From positions 18,798 to 50,797 of the forward strand of contig JAVKCJ010000037.1 of the NCBI GenBank assembly GCA_040222795.1: a stretch of 32,000 nt of DNA, in the 5' to 3' direction. The stretch comes from Salinisphaeraceae bacterium. GTDB taxonomy: Bacteria > Pseudomonadota > Gammaproteobacteria > Nevskiales > Salinisphaeraceae. The translations under genes were made by a program, and so were the position numbers. The notes under the pieces are model-generated. The model did no database searches and was not told the DNA's origin. It saw only the letters and a program-made list of their open reading frames with translations. Shown in pieces: positions 1-9,275 of the stretch (its first letter is position 1; the number at the start of each line of letters is the position of its first letter).

Positions 1-1
1 G

Positions 2-74
2 CTCAACTGGCATGGGATCGGCGTCGATCGCGGCTACAGCGTGGGCAACCCCTTCCGGCGGGACTTTCACAGCT
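2..74 (+). CDS. 3' end of an ORF entering from the left edge; by position possibly traL-like
   Basis: Frame 2 is open from the window edge to TGA 72-74. The stop overlaps the traE ATG (TGATG). F-type order is traL-traE-traK-traB. Only 24 aa are visible, so identity is not verifiable. Confidence 0.3.
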
Positions 75-75
75 G

Positions 76-714
76 ATGGACATCAAGCAACTTCGCCGCA
101 CCTGGAGCGGCATGCGGGCAGAAATCCGCATTCATCAGTTCGTGACCCCCATGGCCCTCTCTCTTGCGCTGCTCACCACCATCGGCTGGATGAGCTCAAA
201 GGAAGTGGCGGTTCTCGTTCCTCCGAATCTCGACGAGACCGTTCGCGTTTCACAGTCGAGTGCGGATGGCGGCTACAAAAAAGCTTGGGGCGTTTACGCC
301 GCCACCTTGATGGGGAACATCACCCCGAGCAATGCCGAGTTCATCGCCGGGACCCTGGAGAACATCATGTCGCCCCGGGTCTATCAGGCGATCCGGGAAT
401 CCCTTGCTCAGCAGGTGGACCGTATCAAGCGCGATGGACTGTCCGTCGCCTTCAATCCGCGATCGGTCAACTATGAAGTCGAAACCGGGAAGGTGTTCAT
501 TGATGGCTGGCTGCAGCTGACCGGGTCCAGTGGCGAGACCAAGCGCACCCAGCGCGTCTACGAGTACGAATTCGATATCCGAGCGGGCAGCCCGGTCATC
601 ACCTATTTCGACACCTACAGCGGCAAGCCGAAAACCAAGACCGTGATGCAGCGGCTCGATGCCGCGGAGCGCCGGCGTGAGGAAGCGGCACAAGAACAAC
701 GGGAGGGCCAGTAA
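76..714 (+). CDS. traE: F-type T4SS protein TraE (VirB8-like)
   Basis: 212 aa with one N-terminal TM segment. The central block VSQSSADGGYKKAWGVYAATLMGNITPSNAEF..IKRDGLSVAFNPRSV resembles F TraE (FAVSQNSADASYLQQMALSFIALRLNVS..IKNDNVNSAFFQTSV). Synteny with traK/traB. Confidence 0.85.
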   Translation: MDIKQLRRTWSGMRAEIRIHQFVTPMALSLALLTTIGWMSSKEVAVLVPPNLDETVRVSQSSADGGYKKAWGVYAATLMGNITPSNAEFIAGTLENIMSPRVYQAIRESLAQQVDRIKRDGLSVAFNPRSVNYEVETGKVFIDGWLQLTGSSGETKRTQRVYEYEFDIRAGSPVITYFDTYSGKPKTKTVMQRLDAAERRREEAAQEQREGQ

Positions 715-715
715 G

Positions 716-1642
716 ATGCCCCGCCACTCAATGCTTTTTTATGTCGCTCTGGCGGCCTCGATGTTGACGGCCTATCCGTCGCTCGCGCAAGAGCAGAGCA
801 TCAACATTCAGGGCGTCGAACTCCCAGGCATCCCGACCCAGGATCTGGAGCCGGCACGCCAGGCCGAATCAACGGCGTCGCGGCGCTACACCCGTCAGCG
901 CTCTACCTACCCTGATGGGTTTACCCAGTCCCAGCAATACCCACTTGAGCTGGATGTCGACCCGGGCCTCAACGAGATCGTCAGCATCAGTCGTGGTTAT
1001 CTCAACCGGATCGTCACGCCATTCGAGACGCCCGCGATCAAGACGGCCAACAATGTCCAGACGCACATCGAGTCGAACATCATCTATGTCGCAACCGATG
1101 ATGATCGTGCGATTGGTCTCTTCATTGAACCGGCCGAAGGCGGGCCTGCGATTTCGCTCTCTCTGATTCCGAAGTCCATCCCGCCCCGTGAGATCCGCCT
1201 GCGGTTACCCAACACTCGCTTCGATGGTGCTGTCACCACCGCCAAGGCCCGCCGCTTCGAGACCGGCAGCAGTTACGTCTCCACGATCAAGAAGCTGCTC
1301 AGCGCTACCGCACTGGGAGACGTGCCGCCCGGGTATACGCTTCAGAAACCCTCGCAGCAGGATGCGGTGGACTTCTACTGTCCGCTTGAAAACCTTGGCG
1401 TCGAAATCGCCCAGGTGCTGGATGGCCACGCCTGGCGGCTGGCCGTCAATCGAGTTCGCAACGACACGTATCAGCCGATCGAAATCCGAGAAGCCGACTG
1501 TCTGACGCCCAACGTGCTGGCGGTTGCCGCTTATCCCTCGGCGATCGTGCAGCCCGGGGCCGAGGCAGAGCTCTACATCGTGCGCAAACGTGCGCCCGCC
1601 GCTTCCGGTCGTCCTGAGCGGCCCTACGTTTTCACGGAGTAA
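716..1642 (+). CDS. traK: F-type T4SS periplasmic/secretin-like protein TraK
   Basis: ATG at 716 lies just after the traE stop. Signal peptide MLFYVALAASMLTAYPSLAQ. GYLNRIVTPF motif as in TraK/VirB9-like proteins. Position is between traE and traB. Confidence 0.75.
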   Translation: MPRHSMLFYVALAASMLTAYPSLAQEQSINIQGVELPGIPTQDLEPARQAESTASRRYTRQRSTYPDGFTQSQQYPLELDVDPGLNEIVSISRGYLNRIVTPFETPAIKTANNVQTHIESNIIYVATDDDRAIGLFIEPAEGGPAISLSLIPKSIPPREIRLRLPNTRFDGAVTTAKARRFETGSSYVSTIKKLLSATALGDVPPGYTLQKPSQQDAVDFYCPLENLGVEIAQVLDGHAWRLAVNRVRNDTYQPIEIREADCLTPNVLAVAAYPSAIVQPGAEAELYIVRKRAPAASGRPERPYVFTE

Positions 1643-1644
1643 TC

Positions 1645-2985
1645 GTGAGCGCCTCTGATCAGATCAAGCAGCGCTGGGAGGGTCTCTCAGCCACCAACAA
1701 GAGAAACGTCGTGCTGGTCATCGGTGGGGCGTTGATGTTCCTGGTCCTCTACATCTACGCCTCTGGCGGCAAGGACACCAGAGTTCGCCAGCAGCCTGAT
1801 CAGCCCGTCGTCCGGGCGCCCTTGACCGGTGGCAATGAAGAAGCTCTGGGTATCGAAGCGCTGGCGGCGCGCATCGAGAATCTCACCGACGCTGTTGAGC
1901 AAGGCCGTGGCGAGCTCGAGATGCAGGCCAAGCGCTATCAGTCCTCCATCACCCAGATGGAACAACGCTCGGAAGCCCAGACCAGATCGCTCAAACAGCA
2001 GCTTGTTGATTCAACGCAGCGACTCCAGGACCTGCAGGCAGAGCTCCAGCGTGCCCAGACCGAGATCAATCAGCTGCGCGACGATACCGAGAACCTCTCG
2101 ACTCGCCCACGCGAATCCGGTGATCTTCCTGAGCTCAATCGAGAAGGGCAGACCACGAATGAGGCGGTCATCGAAGAGGAGTGGGACCTTTTCAGTACAC
2201 CGATATCACCCGAGGGGCAGCCCGGCACCAGTCCGCTCGACGCCGACCCGCAGGCTCCTGATGGCGGACTGACCATCCAGGTCAAATCCGGCGAGCCCCC
2301 GCAGATTGAGCCGACACCGGAAGAGAAGGCCGCGGCCGAAGCCGCCGCGCAGGCCTACACGATGCCGGCCGGATCCATTCTTTCTGGCGTGCTCATCACC
2401 GGCATGGACGCGCCCACCGGCAATCAGGCCCGCTCGGAGCCTGTGCCAAGCCTCATTCGAGTGAAAACGGAAGCCACCCTCCCCAACTATTTCGCCTTTG
2501 ACGTGCGAGAGTGCTTCGTTCTTGCTGCCGGATTCGGCGATCTTTCCAGCGAGCGAGTATTTCTTCGAGCTGAGCGCATCAGCTGTATTCGCGCCTCGGA
2601 TGGCCGCGTGGTTGAGAAGACCATTGATGCCTATGCTTCCGGTGAGGATGGCAAGACCGGCGTGCGTGGTCGATTGGTTTCTCGGGCCGGCTCTGTTCTC
2701 GCCAACAGCTTACTGGCCGGATTCGCCAGCGGCGTCTCCCAGGCCTTCGGTCAGCAACGCGTCCCCATTGTCAGCACCAACCCGGATCAGGGCTTTTTCA
2801 CGCCCTCGGCCGGTGACCTGGCGTCCTCTGGGCTGAGCGGCGGGGCCAGTAATGCCCTGGAACGACTCGCGGATTACTACCTGCAGTTCGCCGAAGAGAC
2901 TTTCCCCGTCATCGAAGTGGATGCCAAGCGACAGGTCAACTTCATTCTGGTTCGCGGACTGACCTTCCCGGTATTGCCTAACTGA
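1645..2985 (+). CDS. traB: F-type T4SS protein TraB (VirB10-like)
   Basis: GTG start 3 nt after the traK stop. 446 aa: N-terminal TM, Q/E-rich coiled coil, proline-rich linker, conserved C-terminal beta domain. Canonical traK-traB order. Confidence 0.8.
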   Translation: MSASDQIKQRWEGLSATNKRNVVLVIGGALMFLVLYIYASGGKDTRVRQQPDQPVVRAPLTGGNEEALGIEALAARIENLTDAVEQGRGELEMQAKRYQSSITQMEQRSEAQTRSLKQQLVDSTQRLQDLQAELQRAQTEINQLRDDTENLSTRPRESGDLPELNREGQTTNEAVIEEEWDLFSTPISPEGQPGTSPLDADPQAPDGGLTIQVKSGEPPQIEPTPEEKAAAEAAAQAYTMPAGSILSGVLITGMDAPTGNQARSEPVPSLIRVKTEATLPNYFAFDVRECFVLAAGFGDLSSERVFLRAERISCIRASDGRVVEKTIDAYASGEDGKTGVRGRLVSRAGSVLANSLLAGFASGVSQAFGQQRVPIVSTNPDQGFFTPSAGDLASSGLSGGASNALERLADYYLQFAEETFPVIEVDAKRQVNFILVRGLTFPVLPN

Positions 2986-3060
2986 TGCCCGGGAAACCCC
3001 CCTCATATACGCCTGCAAAAGCCAGACGTTCCCGCCATGCCCGGCCGTAGGATTTCTTAC

Positions 3061-3795
3061 ATGAGCATCGTTCGATTCATCGTTACCGCTTTGACCGCGG
3101 GGTTGATTGCTGCCACCCCGGCACTATCGCAGCCCCCGGGCCAGATGGGGCCCACCCCGCTGTTCGAAGGCGACCCCCGTGAAATCACTTCACAGGTGGT
3201 TCCGCTGCCGGGTACCGACATCAGCGCGGTCGATCGTGACGGCAACTTGGTGCTGATCACCAGCAACAAGCGATACGCCGTGGTGGGCAAGGTCATCGAT
3301 CTTCTCGAGCGCAAGGAGCTGCGGACCATCGAGGATATCAAGCAGGCCCGCCGACTCGACTTCAAAGGCATTGGCATCGACTTCACCGAGATGGGTGCCG
3401 TCACCTTCGGCAATGGGCCCAAGGAGGTCATCTACTTTGTAGACCCCTACTGTCCGCACTGTAACGAGCTGCTCAAACAGTCCCGTGGTCTTTTCAACGA
3501 CTACACGTTCAGGGTCGTCCTGGTTCCCCTCTACAAAGGCCCAGTCGCCGCGGATACCTCCATCCGCCTGGTCTGCAATCCGGACCAGGACCAGAGCCGC
3601 CAGGCGTTGTTCTCCAAGCAATTCGACAAGCTGCCTGCCGCGTCCGATAGCTGTGATCGCGCCCAGTTCTACCGCAACGCCGCCGTGGCTCAGCTCCTGA
3701 ATGTGGAAGGCGTCCCGTTCGTCTATGCCCCGAATGGCGAACCCCATCTGGGCACCCCTCGTGATCTCGCTGCCTTCCTGGAGGACAACGCATGA
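3061..3795 (+). CDS. DsbC/DsbG-like thiol:disulfide interchange protein of the transfer region
   Basis: Signal peptide (IVTALTAGLIAATPALSQ) and a thioredoxin CxxC motif (DPYCPHCNEL). AGGA lies 8 nt upstream of ATG 3061; the ORF-track start 3037 is the alternative. SXT/IncA/C-type transfer regions encode a DsbC homologue. Confidence 0.8.
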   Translation: MSIVRFIVTALTAGLIAATPALSQPPGQMGPTPLFEGDPREITSQVVPLPGTDISAVDRDGNLVLITSNKRYAVVGKVIDLLERKELRTIEDIKQARRLDFKGIGIDFTEMGAVTFGNGPKEVIYFVDPYCPHCNELLKQSRGLFNDYTFRVVLVPLYKGPVAADTSIRLVCNPDQDQSRQALFSKQFDKLPAASDSCDRAQFYRNAAVAQLLNVEGVPFVYAPNGEPHLGTPRDLAAFLEDNA

Positions 3796-4370
3796 ACCGT
3801 CTGCTCGTTCTGTCCTTCATTCCCCTGTTTGGCGCGTGCGCCATCGGTAACTCCGATTTCGCTTGCAGCGGCGTTCCCGAGGGCAAGACTTGTATGTCAG
3901 CGCTCGAGGTCTATGACGCCACCAATGGCGTGCATCAGTCACCTCATGGTGCCGGCGGCCATGCCCACCACGATGGCCATGCCCCATCAGATCCGACTTC
4001 TACCGGGCGTTCTCTCACGCCCGCTCCACTGGTGTTGTCCCGTGGGGGAATCAGCCCATCGCCTGATCGTCCCGTTCCGATTCGGACCGAGCCCAAGACG
4101 CTTCGGATCCTCATCGGACCCTGGCAGGACCAGGATCGGGACCTGAATGCCGGCGGGTATGTTTTCACCGACCTTGCACCCCGCACCTGGAATATCGGTG
4201 CCGGCCCGGAAGCGGCCACCGCCCCCGTATATCCCGTATCGGTGGGTGACTCCTCGACATCGGGCGGCAGCTCGGCAGACACAGATCGGCCAGCATCCGC
4301 ACCCACGACGTCGTCAGGTGGAAGTTCACCGGATGTGGGGCGCGCATATTTCGATTCCGACCGCCAGTAA
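3792..4370 (+). CDS. traV: F-type T4SS outer-membrane lipoprotein TraV
   Basis: Lipobox PLFGAC followed by the conserved Cys pattern (FACSG..GKTCMSALEVYD) typical of TraV. P/S/G-rich C-terminus. ATGA overlap with the dsbC-like stop. Confidence 0.75.
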   Translation: MNRLLVLSFIPLFGACAIGNSDFACSGVPEGKTCMSALEVYDATNGVHQSPHGAGGHAHHDGHAPSDPTSTGRSLTPAPLVLSRGGISPSPDRPVPIRTEPKTLRILIGPWQDQDRDLNAGGYVFTDLAPRTWNIGAGPEAATAPVYPVSVGDSSTSGGSSADTDRPASAPTTSSGGSSPDVGRAYFDSDRQ

Positions 4371-4398
4371 GGCGGCACACAACGACAGGTAATCAATC

Positions 4399-4686
4399 AT
4401 GCAACGCATCTTCAAGTTCGCTTTGGTCTTCGTCGCCATGTTCGGTGCGGGCGCTGCCTATGCCGGCGCCGGTGGCACGGAGTTCGACACCATCTATCAG
4501 CAGCTCACCGACTGGACCGAAGGCACCCTCGGTCGAATCATCGCCCTGGGCATGATCATCACCGGCCTCGGCTGGGGTGTGGTCCGTCAGTCGATCATGG
4601 CTGTTGTTGTCGGCGTCGCCGGCGGCCTTGCTCTGGCCAACGCCCCGACTGTCATCGACAACATCCTCGGTGGCGTTCTGTTCTAA
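4399..4686 (+). CDS. Conjugative pilin precursor (TraA/VirB2-like)
   Basis: 95 aa. Signal peptide ends AYA, leaving about 73 aa of mature protein with two hydrophobic helices. The position after traV matches traA in SXT/R391-type gene order. Confidence 0.55.
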   Translation: MQRIFKFALVFVAMFGAGAAYAGAGGTEFDTIYQQLTDWTEGTLGRIIALGMIITGLGWGVVRQSIMAVVVGVAGGLALANAPTVIDNILGGVLF

Positions 4687-4695
4687 GTGGACCCG

Positions 4696-4722
4696 GCAGG
4701 GCGGGCCTGGCGCCCGCCCTGC
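4696..4722 (+). terminator. GC-rich hairpin after the pilin gene (attenuator or mRNA stabiliser; no U-tract)
   Basis: GCAGGGCGGGC (4696-4706), loop CTGGC, GCCCGCCCTGC (4712-4722): a perfect 11-bp stem. It is followed by ATTCCCACC rather than a T-run. Confidence 0.45.
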
Positions 4723-4754
4723 ATTCCCACCTCGTTCTCTCCCGGAGTTAGGCC

Positions 4755-7208
4755 ATGTTGGCGCCCCTGCGCGAAAAGCTCTACGAGCACAATCACTCCA
4801 GTGATCTCTTCCCGGTGCTTGCTTACGACAGCGATCACCATCTGTTCGTGTTGAGTGATACCGCGGTCGGGTTCGCCTTTCTCTCCAACCCACTCAACGG
4901 GGCTGACGAGACCACCGCTGAAAAGATCAACGTCCTGCTCAATCAGGATTTCCCCGGTGACACCATTCTGTCCGTGAGTCTGATCGGCCATCGCGACATC
5001 GAATACTGGCTGACGGACTTCGTTTCCCGTCGCATTCCTCACCGCAATGATTCGCCGATGCACAACCTGCTCTACGAGAGCACCGTCGAATCTTCCAAGT
5101 TCATGCGTCGTGGCACCCGGCGCCCCATCGAGAACCGCAACCACACCAAGGTTCGCGACATTCTCAGCCTGATTACCGTCAAGATACCGCTACAAAACCC
5201 AGAGCCCAGCGAGCTCGAGCTCGAGACGCTCGGACAACTCCGGCGCAGTGTTCAGCAGACCATCGATATCATTGGCATGAAGCCGACCCCGGTGGATGCC
5301 TCAATGTACGTTCGCCTGATGTCGGTTCTTCTTCACGGGGGCGACAATCCGCGGTGGCAATCCGAATTCGACCTCTACGATGACCAGCAGCTCATCTGCG
5401 ACCAGGTGCTGGATCTGGACACGGCCATCTCCGTAGATCCAACCGGCCTATGGGCGGGCGATCCGCGCAACAAAGAAGAGCGCACCCGGATCAAGGTCCT
5501 CAGCCCCAAGCGCATCCCCAAGGAAGTGCATATCAACAGTGCAGCGCTCTATGTTGGCGATCCGTTGAGTGGCACCCGCGGTATCCGCGGCAATTTCCTG
5601 CTGAATTTCAACATCCATTACCCCAATGCCGAGCAGCTGAAAAGCAAGCTCGAAAAGCGCCGGCAGTGGGCCACGCAGCAGGCCGGCGGCAAGCTCGTCA
5701 AGTTCGTTCCGCAGCTGGTCGACACAAAGCGCAGCTTCGACACGATGTTCCAGGCGCTGGATGACGGTGATCGGCCGGTTCGTCTTTCGATGTCCCTGAT
5801 GCTCTTTGCCGATGACGAGGAAGAAGCCGCTGGGGCTGTGTCCGTGGCCAAGACCTATTACCGGGAACTTGGCTACCAGATGCTCGAAGATCGATTCTTC
5901 TGCCTGCCGATCTTCATCAACAACTTGCCTTTCGGCGCCGACCGAAAGGCCGTCGAAGAGCTCAAGCGGTATCGATCACTGGCCACTCGCCACGTCAGCC
6001 ACATGCTGCCTCTTATCAGCGAGTGGAAGGGTACCCGCACACCCGTTCTGCAGTTCGTCAGCCGCAATGGACAGATCATGAACTTCGATCTGTTCGATTC
6101 TCAGAGCTCCTACAACTGTGCCATCGCCGCGGAGAGTGGCAGCGGCAAGTCGTTCCTGGTCAACGCCATGGCCTCGTCCTACCTCAGCCTTGGCGCCAAG
6201 GTATTCATCATCGACGTGGGGCGAAGCTACGAAAAGCTCGCGAAATCGTTCGGCGGTTCTTTCATCGAGTTCACCGACGAATCGAATATCTGCCTCAATC
6301 CGTTCCCGATCGTGATGAACTATAACGACGAGGTGGACATGCTCGCGACGGTCATCTCGACCATGGCCCAGCCCAGCGGGCCTATTTCGGACTTTCAGAA
6401 CTCGAACCTGCGCCGCATCCTTCGGCGTGGTTGGGAGGCCCACAAGCAGGATCTGACCATCGACATTGTCTCGGACATGCTCCGAGAGCATGAAGATCGA
6501 CGCATTCAGGACCTTGGCGAGCAGTTATTCCAGTTCACCGTGGCCGGTGAGTACGGGCGTTGGTTCAATGGCCCCAACACGATGCAGTTCGATAACCCTT
6601 TCACGGTGCTCGAACTCGAGGAACTCAAAGGCCGCCGTCATCTTCAGCAGATCGTGCTGCTGATGCTGATCTATCAGATCAACAACGAGATGTACCTGGG
6701 CGACCGCGGCCGCCGCAAAGTTGTCATCATCGACGAAGCCTGGCAGCTCCTCACGGAGGGGGATGTCGGAGAATTCATCGTCCATGGCTACCGGCGCGCC
6801 AGAAAGTACGGCGGGGCATTTGCTGTGGCGACTCAGTCGGTCAACGACCTGTATTCGAACAATACGGGCGTGGCCATTGCCGAAAACAGCCCCAACAAGA
6901 TCCTGCTCGGCCAGAACGCTGAAACCGTGGCCAACCTCAAGCGTACCCAGCGAATTGATCTGCCCGAAGCTGGCTACGAGTTCCTGAAATCGGTCAAGAC
7001 GGTGACCGGGGTCTACTCGGAGATGTTCATCAACACTGGCAACGGCATCGGTATCGCCCGCCTCATCGTGGATCGCTTCCGTCAGCTTCTCTACAGCACC
7101 AAGGCGGAGGAAGTATCCGAGATCAACAAGCTGGTGGACTCCGGCCTTTCGATTACCGATGCGATCCATCGCATCATGGCCCGCGAGAACGGCGATGAAG
7201 CTGCTTGA
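4755..7208 (+). CDS. traC: F-type T4SS ATPase TraC (VirB4 family)
   Basis: 817 aa. Walker A AESGSGKSF, Walker B VVIIDEAW. Size and position are typical of TraC/TrhC. Confidence 0.9.
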   Translation: MLAPLREKLYEHNHSSDLFPVLAYDSDHHLFVLSDTAVGFAFLSNPLNGADETTAEKINVLLNQDFPGDTILSVSLIGHRDIEYWLTDFVSRRIPHRNDSPMHNLLYESTVESSKFMRRGTRRPIENRNHTKVRDILSLITVKIPLQNPEPSELELETLGQLRRSVQQTIDIIGMKPTPVDASMYVRLMSVLLHGGDNPRWQSEFDLYDDQQLICDQVLDLDTAISVDPTGLWAGDPRNKEERTRIKVLSPKRIPKEVHINSAALYVGDPLSGTRGIRGNFLLNFNIHYPNAEQLKSKLEKRRQWATQQAGGKLVKFVPQLVDTKRSFDTMFQALDDGDRPVRLSMSLMLFADDEEEAAGAVSVAKTYYRELGYQMLEDRFFCLPIFINNLPFGADRKAVEELKRYRSLATRHVSHMLPLISEWKGTRTPVLQFVSRNGQIMNFDLFDSQSSYNCAIAAESGSGKSFLVNAMASSYLSLGAKVFIIDVGRSYEKLAKSFGGSFIEFTDESNICLNPFPIVMNYNDEVDMLATVISTMAQPSGPISDFQNSNLRRILRRGWEAHKQDLTIDIVSDMLREHEDRRIQDLGEQLFQFTVAGEYGRWFNGPNTMQFDNPFTVLELEELKGRRHLQQIVLLMLIYQINNEMYLGDRGRRKVVIIDEAWQLLTEGDVGEFIVHGYRRARKYGGAFAVATQSVNDLYSNNTGVAIAENSPNKILLGQNAETVANLKRTQRIDLPEAGYEFLKSVKTVTGVYSEMFINTGNGIGIARLIVDRFRQLLYSTKAEEVSEINKLVDSGLSITDAIHRIMARENGDEAA

Positions 7209-7488
7209 TATCGTCTCGGCCATTCTCCCGATGATCGTGGCCGGCGCCGTCGGCGCGATATCCGCGCATGCCTACATGATGCGCAATTCACCGAGCATTG
7301 TTGTCCTCGATGTCGGGGCAATGACCGCTCGGATGGATCCTTCCGACCCGGCATTTCCAGAGGCCGTTAAGCGATCAGCGCAACGCGCTCGTGAAGTGGC
7401 TGATCGTTATGCCGATGCCGGCATGATTGTCCTGGATGGCCGCGGCGTCATGCGCGCGCCTTCGCGTCTGACGGTGACGCCAGAGTGA
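7195..7488 (+). CDS. Small single-TM protein, TrbI-like by architecture
   Basis: 98 aa from ATG 7195, overlapping the traC stop. N-terminal TM (ILPMIVAGAVGAISAHAY) and a soluble tail ending ..AGMIVLDGRGVMRAP, loosely like F TrbI (..HHAVILVSPAVVQGAP). Located between traC and trhF. Confidence 0.4.
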   Translation: MKLLDIVSAILPMIVAGAVGAISAHAYMMRNSPSIVVLDVGAMTARMDPSDPAFPEAVKRSAQRAREVADRYADAGMIVLDGRGVMRAPSRLTVTPE

Positions 7489-8027
7489 GCGCCACCGTCG
7501 ACCAGGCCCCACATCCATCGATGTGGAGAAACCTGTATATCGGGCTGGTGAAGACGCTGATCACCCTCGTCATTCTGTTGCCCGCGCTCTACTTCGCCCG
7601 CGAAAACTTCACCCTTGGCTTCGAGATGCAGAAGGGGGCACACAGCGTTCCCCACACCGTCTTTCTCATCCACAAGCAGTCCTACCCCTTTCGCGCGGAC
7701 CAATACATTGCTTTCGAAACGAAAGGCCTGGTTGATCCCTTCGTTGACGGGCTGACCATGATCAAGATCGTCGCCGGCGTGCCCGGGGACACTGTCCGCG
7801 TCACCCCCGAGGCGGTTTTCGTCAACCAGGCGAAGGTAGCCGACATCACCGTCGACACCATCGGGGAGAAAACCGGCAATCCGGTATCGGTAAAGACGAT
7901 CGACACACGCATCCCACCGGGCCACTACTTCGTGCTGGGGACACATCCGAAGTCCTATGACTCCCGGTTCTGGGGCCTGGTCAAGCCCGATCAGTTGATC
8001 GGCCGTGCTTACGGGCTATGGAAGTAG
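7485..8027 (+). CDS. trhF: S26 signal-peptidase-like transfer protein (TrhF/TraF type)
   Basis: GTGA overlap with the upstream stop. N-terminal TM. C-terminal PPGHYFVLGTHPKSYDSRFWGLV..IGRAYGLW matches the S26 peptidase box. traC-trhF-traW order as in R27/SXT. Confidence 0.75.
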   Translation: MSATVDQAPHPSMWRNLYIGLVKTLITLVILLPALYFARENFTLGFEMQKGAHSVPHTVFLIHKQSYPFRADQYIAFETKGLVDPFVDGLTMIKIVAGVPGDTVRVTPEAVFVNQAKVADITVDTIGEKTGNPVSVKTIDTRIPPGHYFVLGTHPKSYDSRFWGLVKPDQLIGRAYGLWK

Positions 8028-8036
8028 GTGCGTGCG

Positions 8037-9275
8037 ATGACTCGATTTGTCGTCTGCCTCCTCGCTGGCCTGTCTGCCGCCACCGCACTGCATGCCCAGC
8101 CATCTGGCAATACTGACGCTGACTTGAAGGAGATCCTCGAGCGTGCCGAGCAGGCGATTCGGCATGCCAAGGAGAATCCACCCGACTGGCTCGAAACCGA
8201 GCCACCGGAAGAGTACCGTGATATTGGCGCCGAGATCGCCGAAAAGGCACGCCAGGCGCAGCGTGAGGCGGTCGCGGCGGCCGGCGAAAAACAGGGCATG
8301 GACATGTCCGGTTTGGATCGCGATGCCAGCGGCAACGCCGGCGTTATTCTCGCGTTTGCTTCCACCGGCATGCCGGAGGCCGAGTTGCGCGGTCTTCTGG
8401 AAGTGGCAGCCGTCAACCCCAGGGTGGTGGTGCTTTTCCGCGGCCTGCTGCCAGGCGATGCGAATCTGCGCGAGAGCCTGCTGCGCTTCAATGCCATGAC
8501 CGATGGCCTCGACCCGAAGCCTTCTGTCCAGATTCACCCGAAGCCGTTTCAGCGCTATCGCGTGACCGCGGTGCCGACACTGGTCATGCTCTCCGACAAG
8601 CCCGGGGATCCCACGGTGCGTGTCGAAGGCAGCATCAATCTGGACTGGCTGAAAGAGCAGGGTGAGAAACGCCTATCGGAGGATGCTGACCCTGATCTCT
8701 CTGCCGATCTCGGGCGCGTTGGACAGGTCTATGACATCGCGGAGCAGGACCTTCTGGAGCTGATGAAATCCAGGGTGGCCAGCATCGACTGGGAGCAGAA
8801 GAAACGCCAGGCCCGCGAACGCTTCTGGACCAATCATCCGCCTTTCATCGAGCTTCCACTGGCCAAAGCCGACGACGTCCGCCTGGTCGATCCCACCGTC
8901 ATCGTCAAGAAGGATGTGCCGAAACCAGACGGCAGCGGCTTGCTGGCCAGGGCAGGGGAGTCCTACAACCCCCTCGACAAGATCAGCTTCACGCGGCGCG
9001 TATTCATCTTCGATGCCACCGATCCACGCCAGATCGAGTATGTCATTGAGCAGTCCGAAACCCCGGTGCCCGGCAAGCTCGATGTCTTCATCACCACGGC
9101 GATCGACCGCGAAAAGGGTTTCGACTTCATCACCGAGGTGGAAGACAAGCTGGGCATGCCGATATTCCTGCTCAAGCGGGACCTCGCCATCATGCTTCGC
9201 ATCCGCGCCATCCCCTCGGTGGTCACCGGCGAGGGCAAGCGGCTTCGCATTCAGGAAGTGGGGTTGGCGCTATGA
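8037..9275 (+). CDS. traW: TrbC-TraW fusion protein (TrhW-like)
   Basis: Signal peptide MTRFVVCLLAGLSAATALHA; GTG 8028 is the alternative start. The N-terminal half has the TrbC pattern (ILAFASTGMP..VVVLFRGLL..VQIHPKPFQRYRVTAVPTLV). The C-terminal half has the TraW pattern (VYDIAEQDLLELMKSRV..). R27 TrhW is a known TrbC/TraW fusion. Confidence 0.75.
   Translation: MTRFVVCLLAGLSAATALHAQPSGNTDADLKEILERAEQAIRHAKENPPDWLETEPPEEYRDIGAEIAEKARQAQREAVAAAGEKQGMDMSGLDRDASGNAGVILAFASTGMPEAELRGLLEVAAVNPRVVVLFRGLLPGDANLRESLLRFNAMTDGLDPKPSVQIHPKPFQRYRVTAVPTLVMLSDKPGDPTVRVEGSINLDWLKEQGEKRLSEDADPDLSADLGRVGQVYDIAEQDLLELMKSRVASIDWEQKKRQARERFWTNHPPFIELPLAKADDVRLVDPTVIVKKDVPKPDGSGLLARAGESYNPLDKISFTRRVFIFDATDPRQIEYVIEQSETPVPGKLDVFITTAIDREKGFDFITEVEDKLGMPIFLLKRDLAIMLRIRAIPSVVTGEGKRLRIQEVGLAL

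Noticed and set aside
12-699. ORFs 12-476 (+), 250-699 (-) and 332-520 (+) overlapping traE
   Set aside because: They are alternative-frame or antisense shadows of a well-supported traE. Their composition is skewed to R/P/G/S and none has a family resemblance.
5976-7223. Minus-strand ORFs 5976-6491 (171 aa) and 6525-7223 (232 aa)
   Set aside because: Both are antisense to traC, whose Walker A/B motifs confirm the plus frame.
8009-8537. Minus-strand ORFs of 162 and 173 aa at the trhF/traW junction
   Set aside because: They are antisense shadows of traW. They are R/A/S-rich and lack start context.
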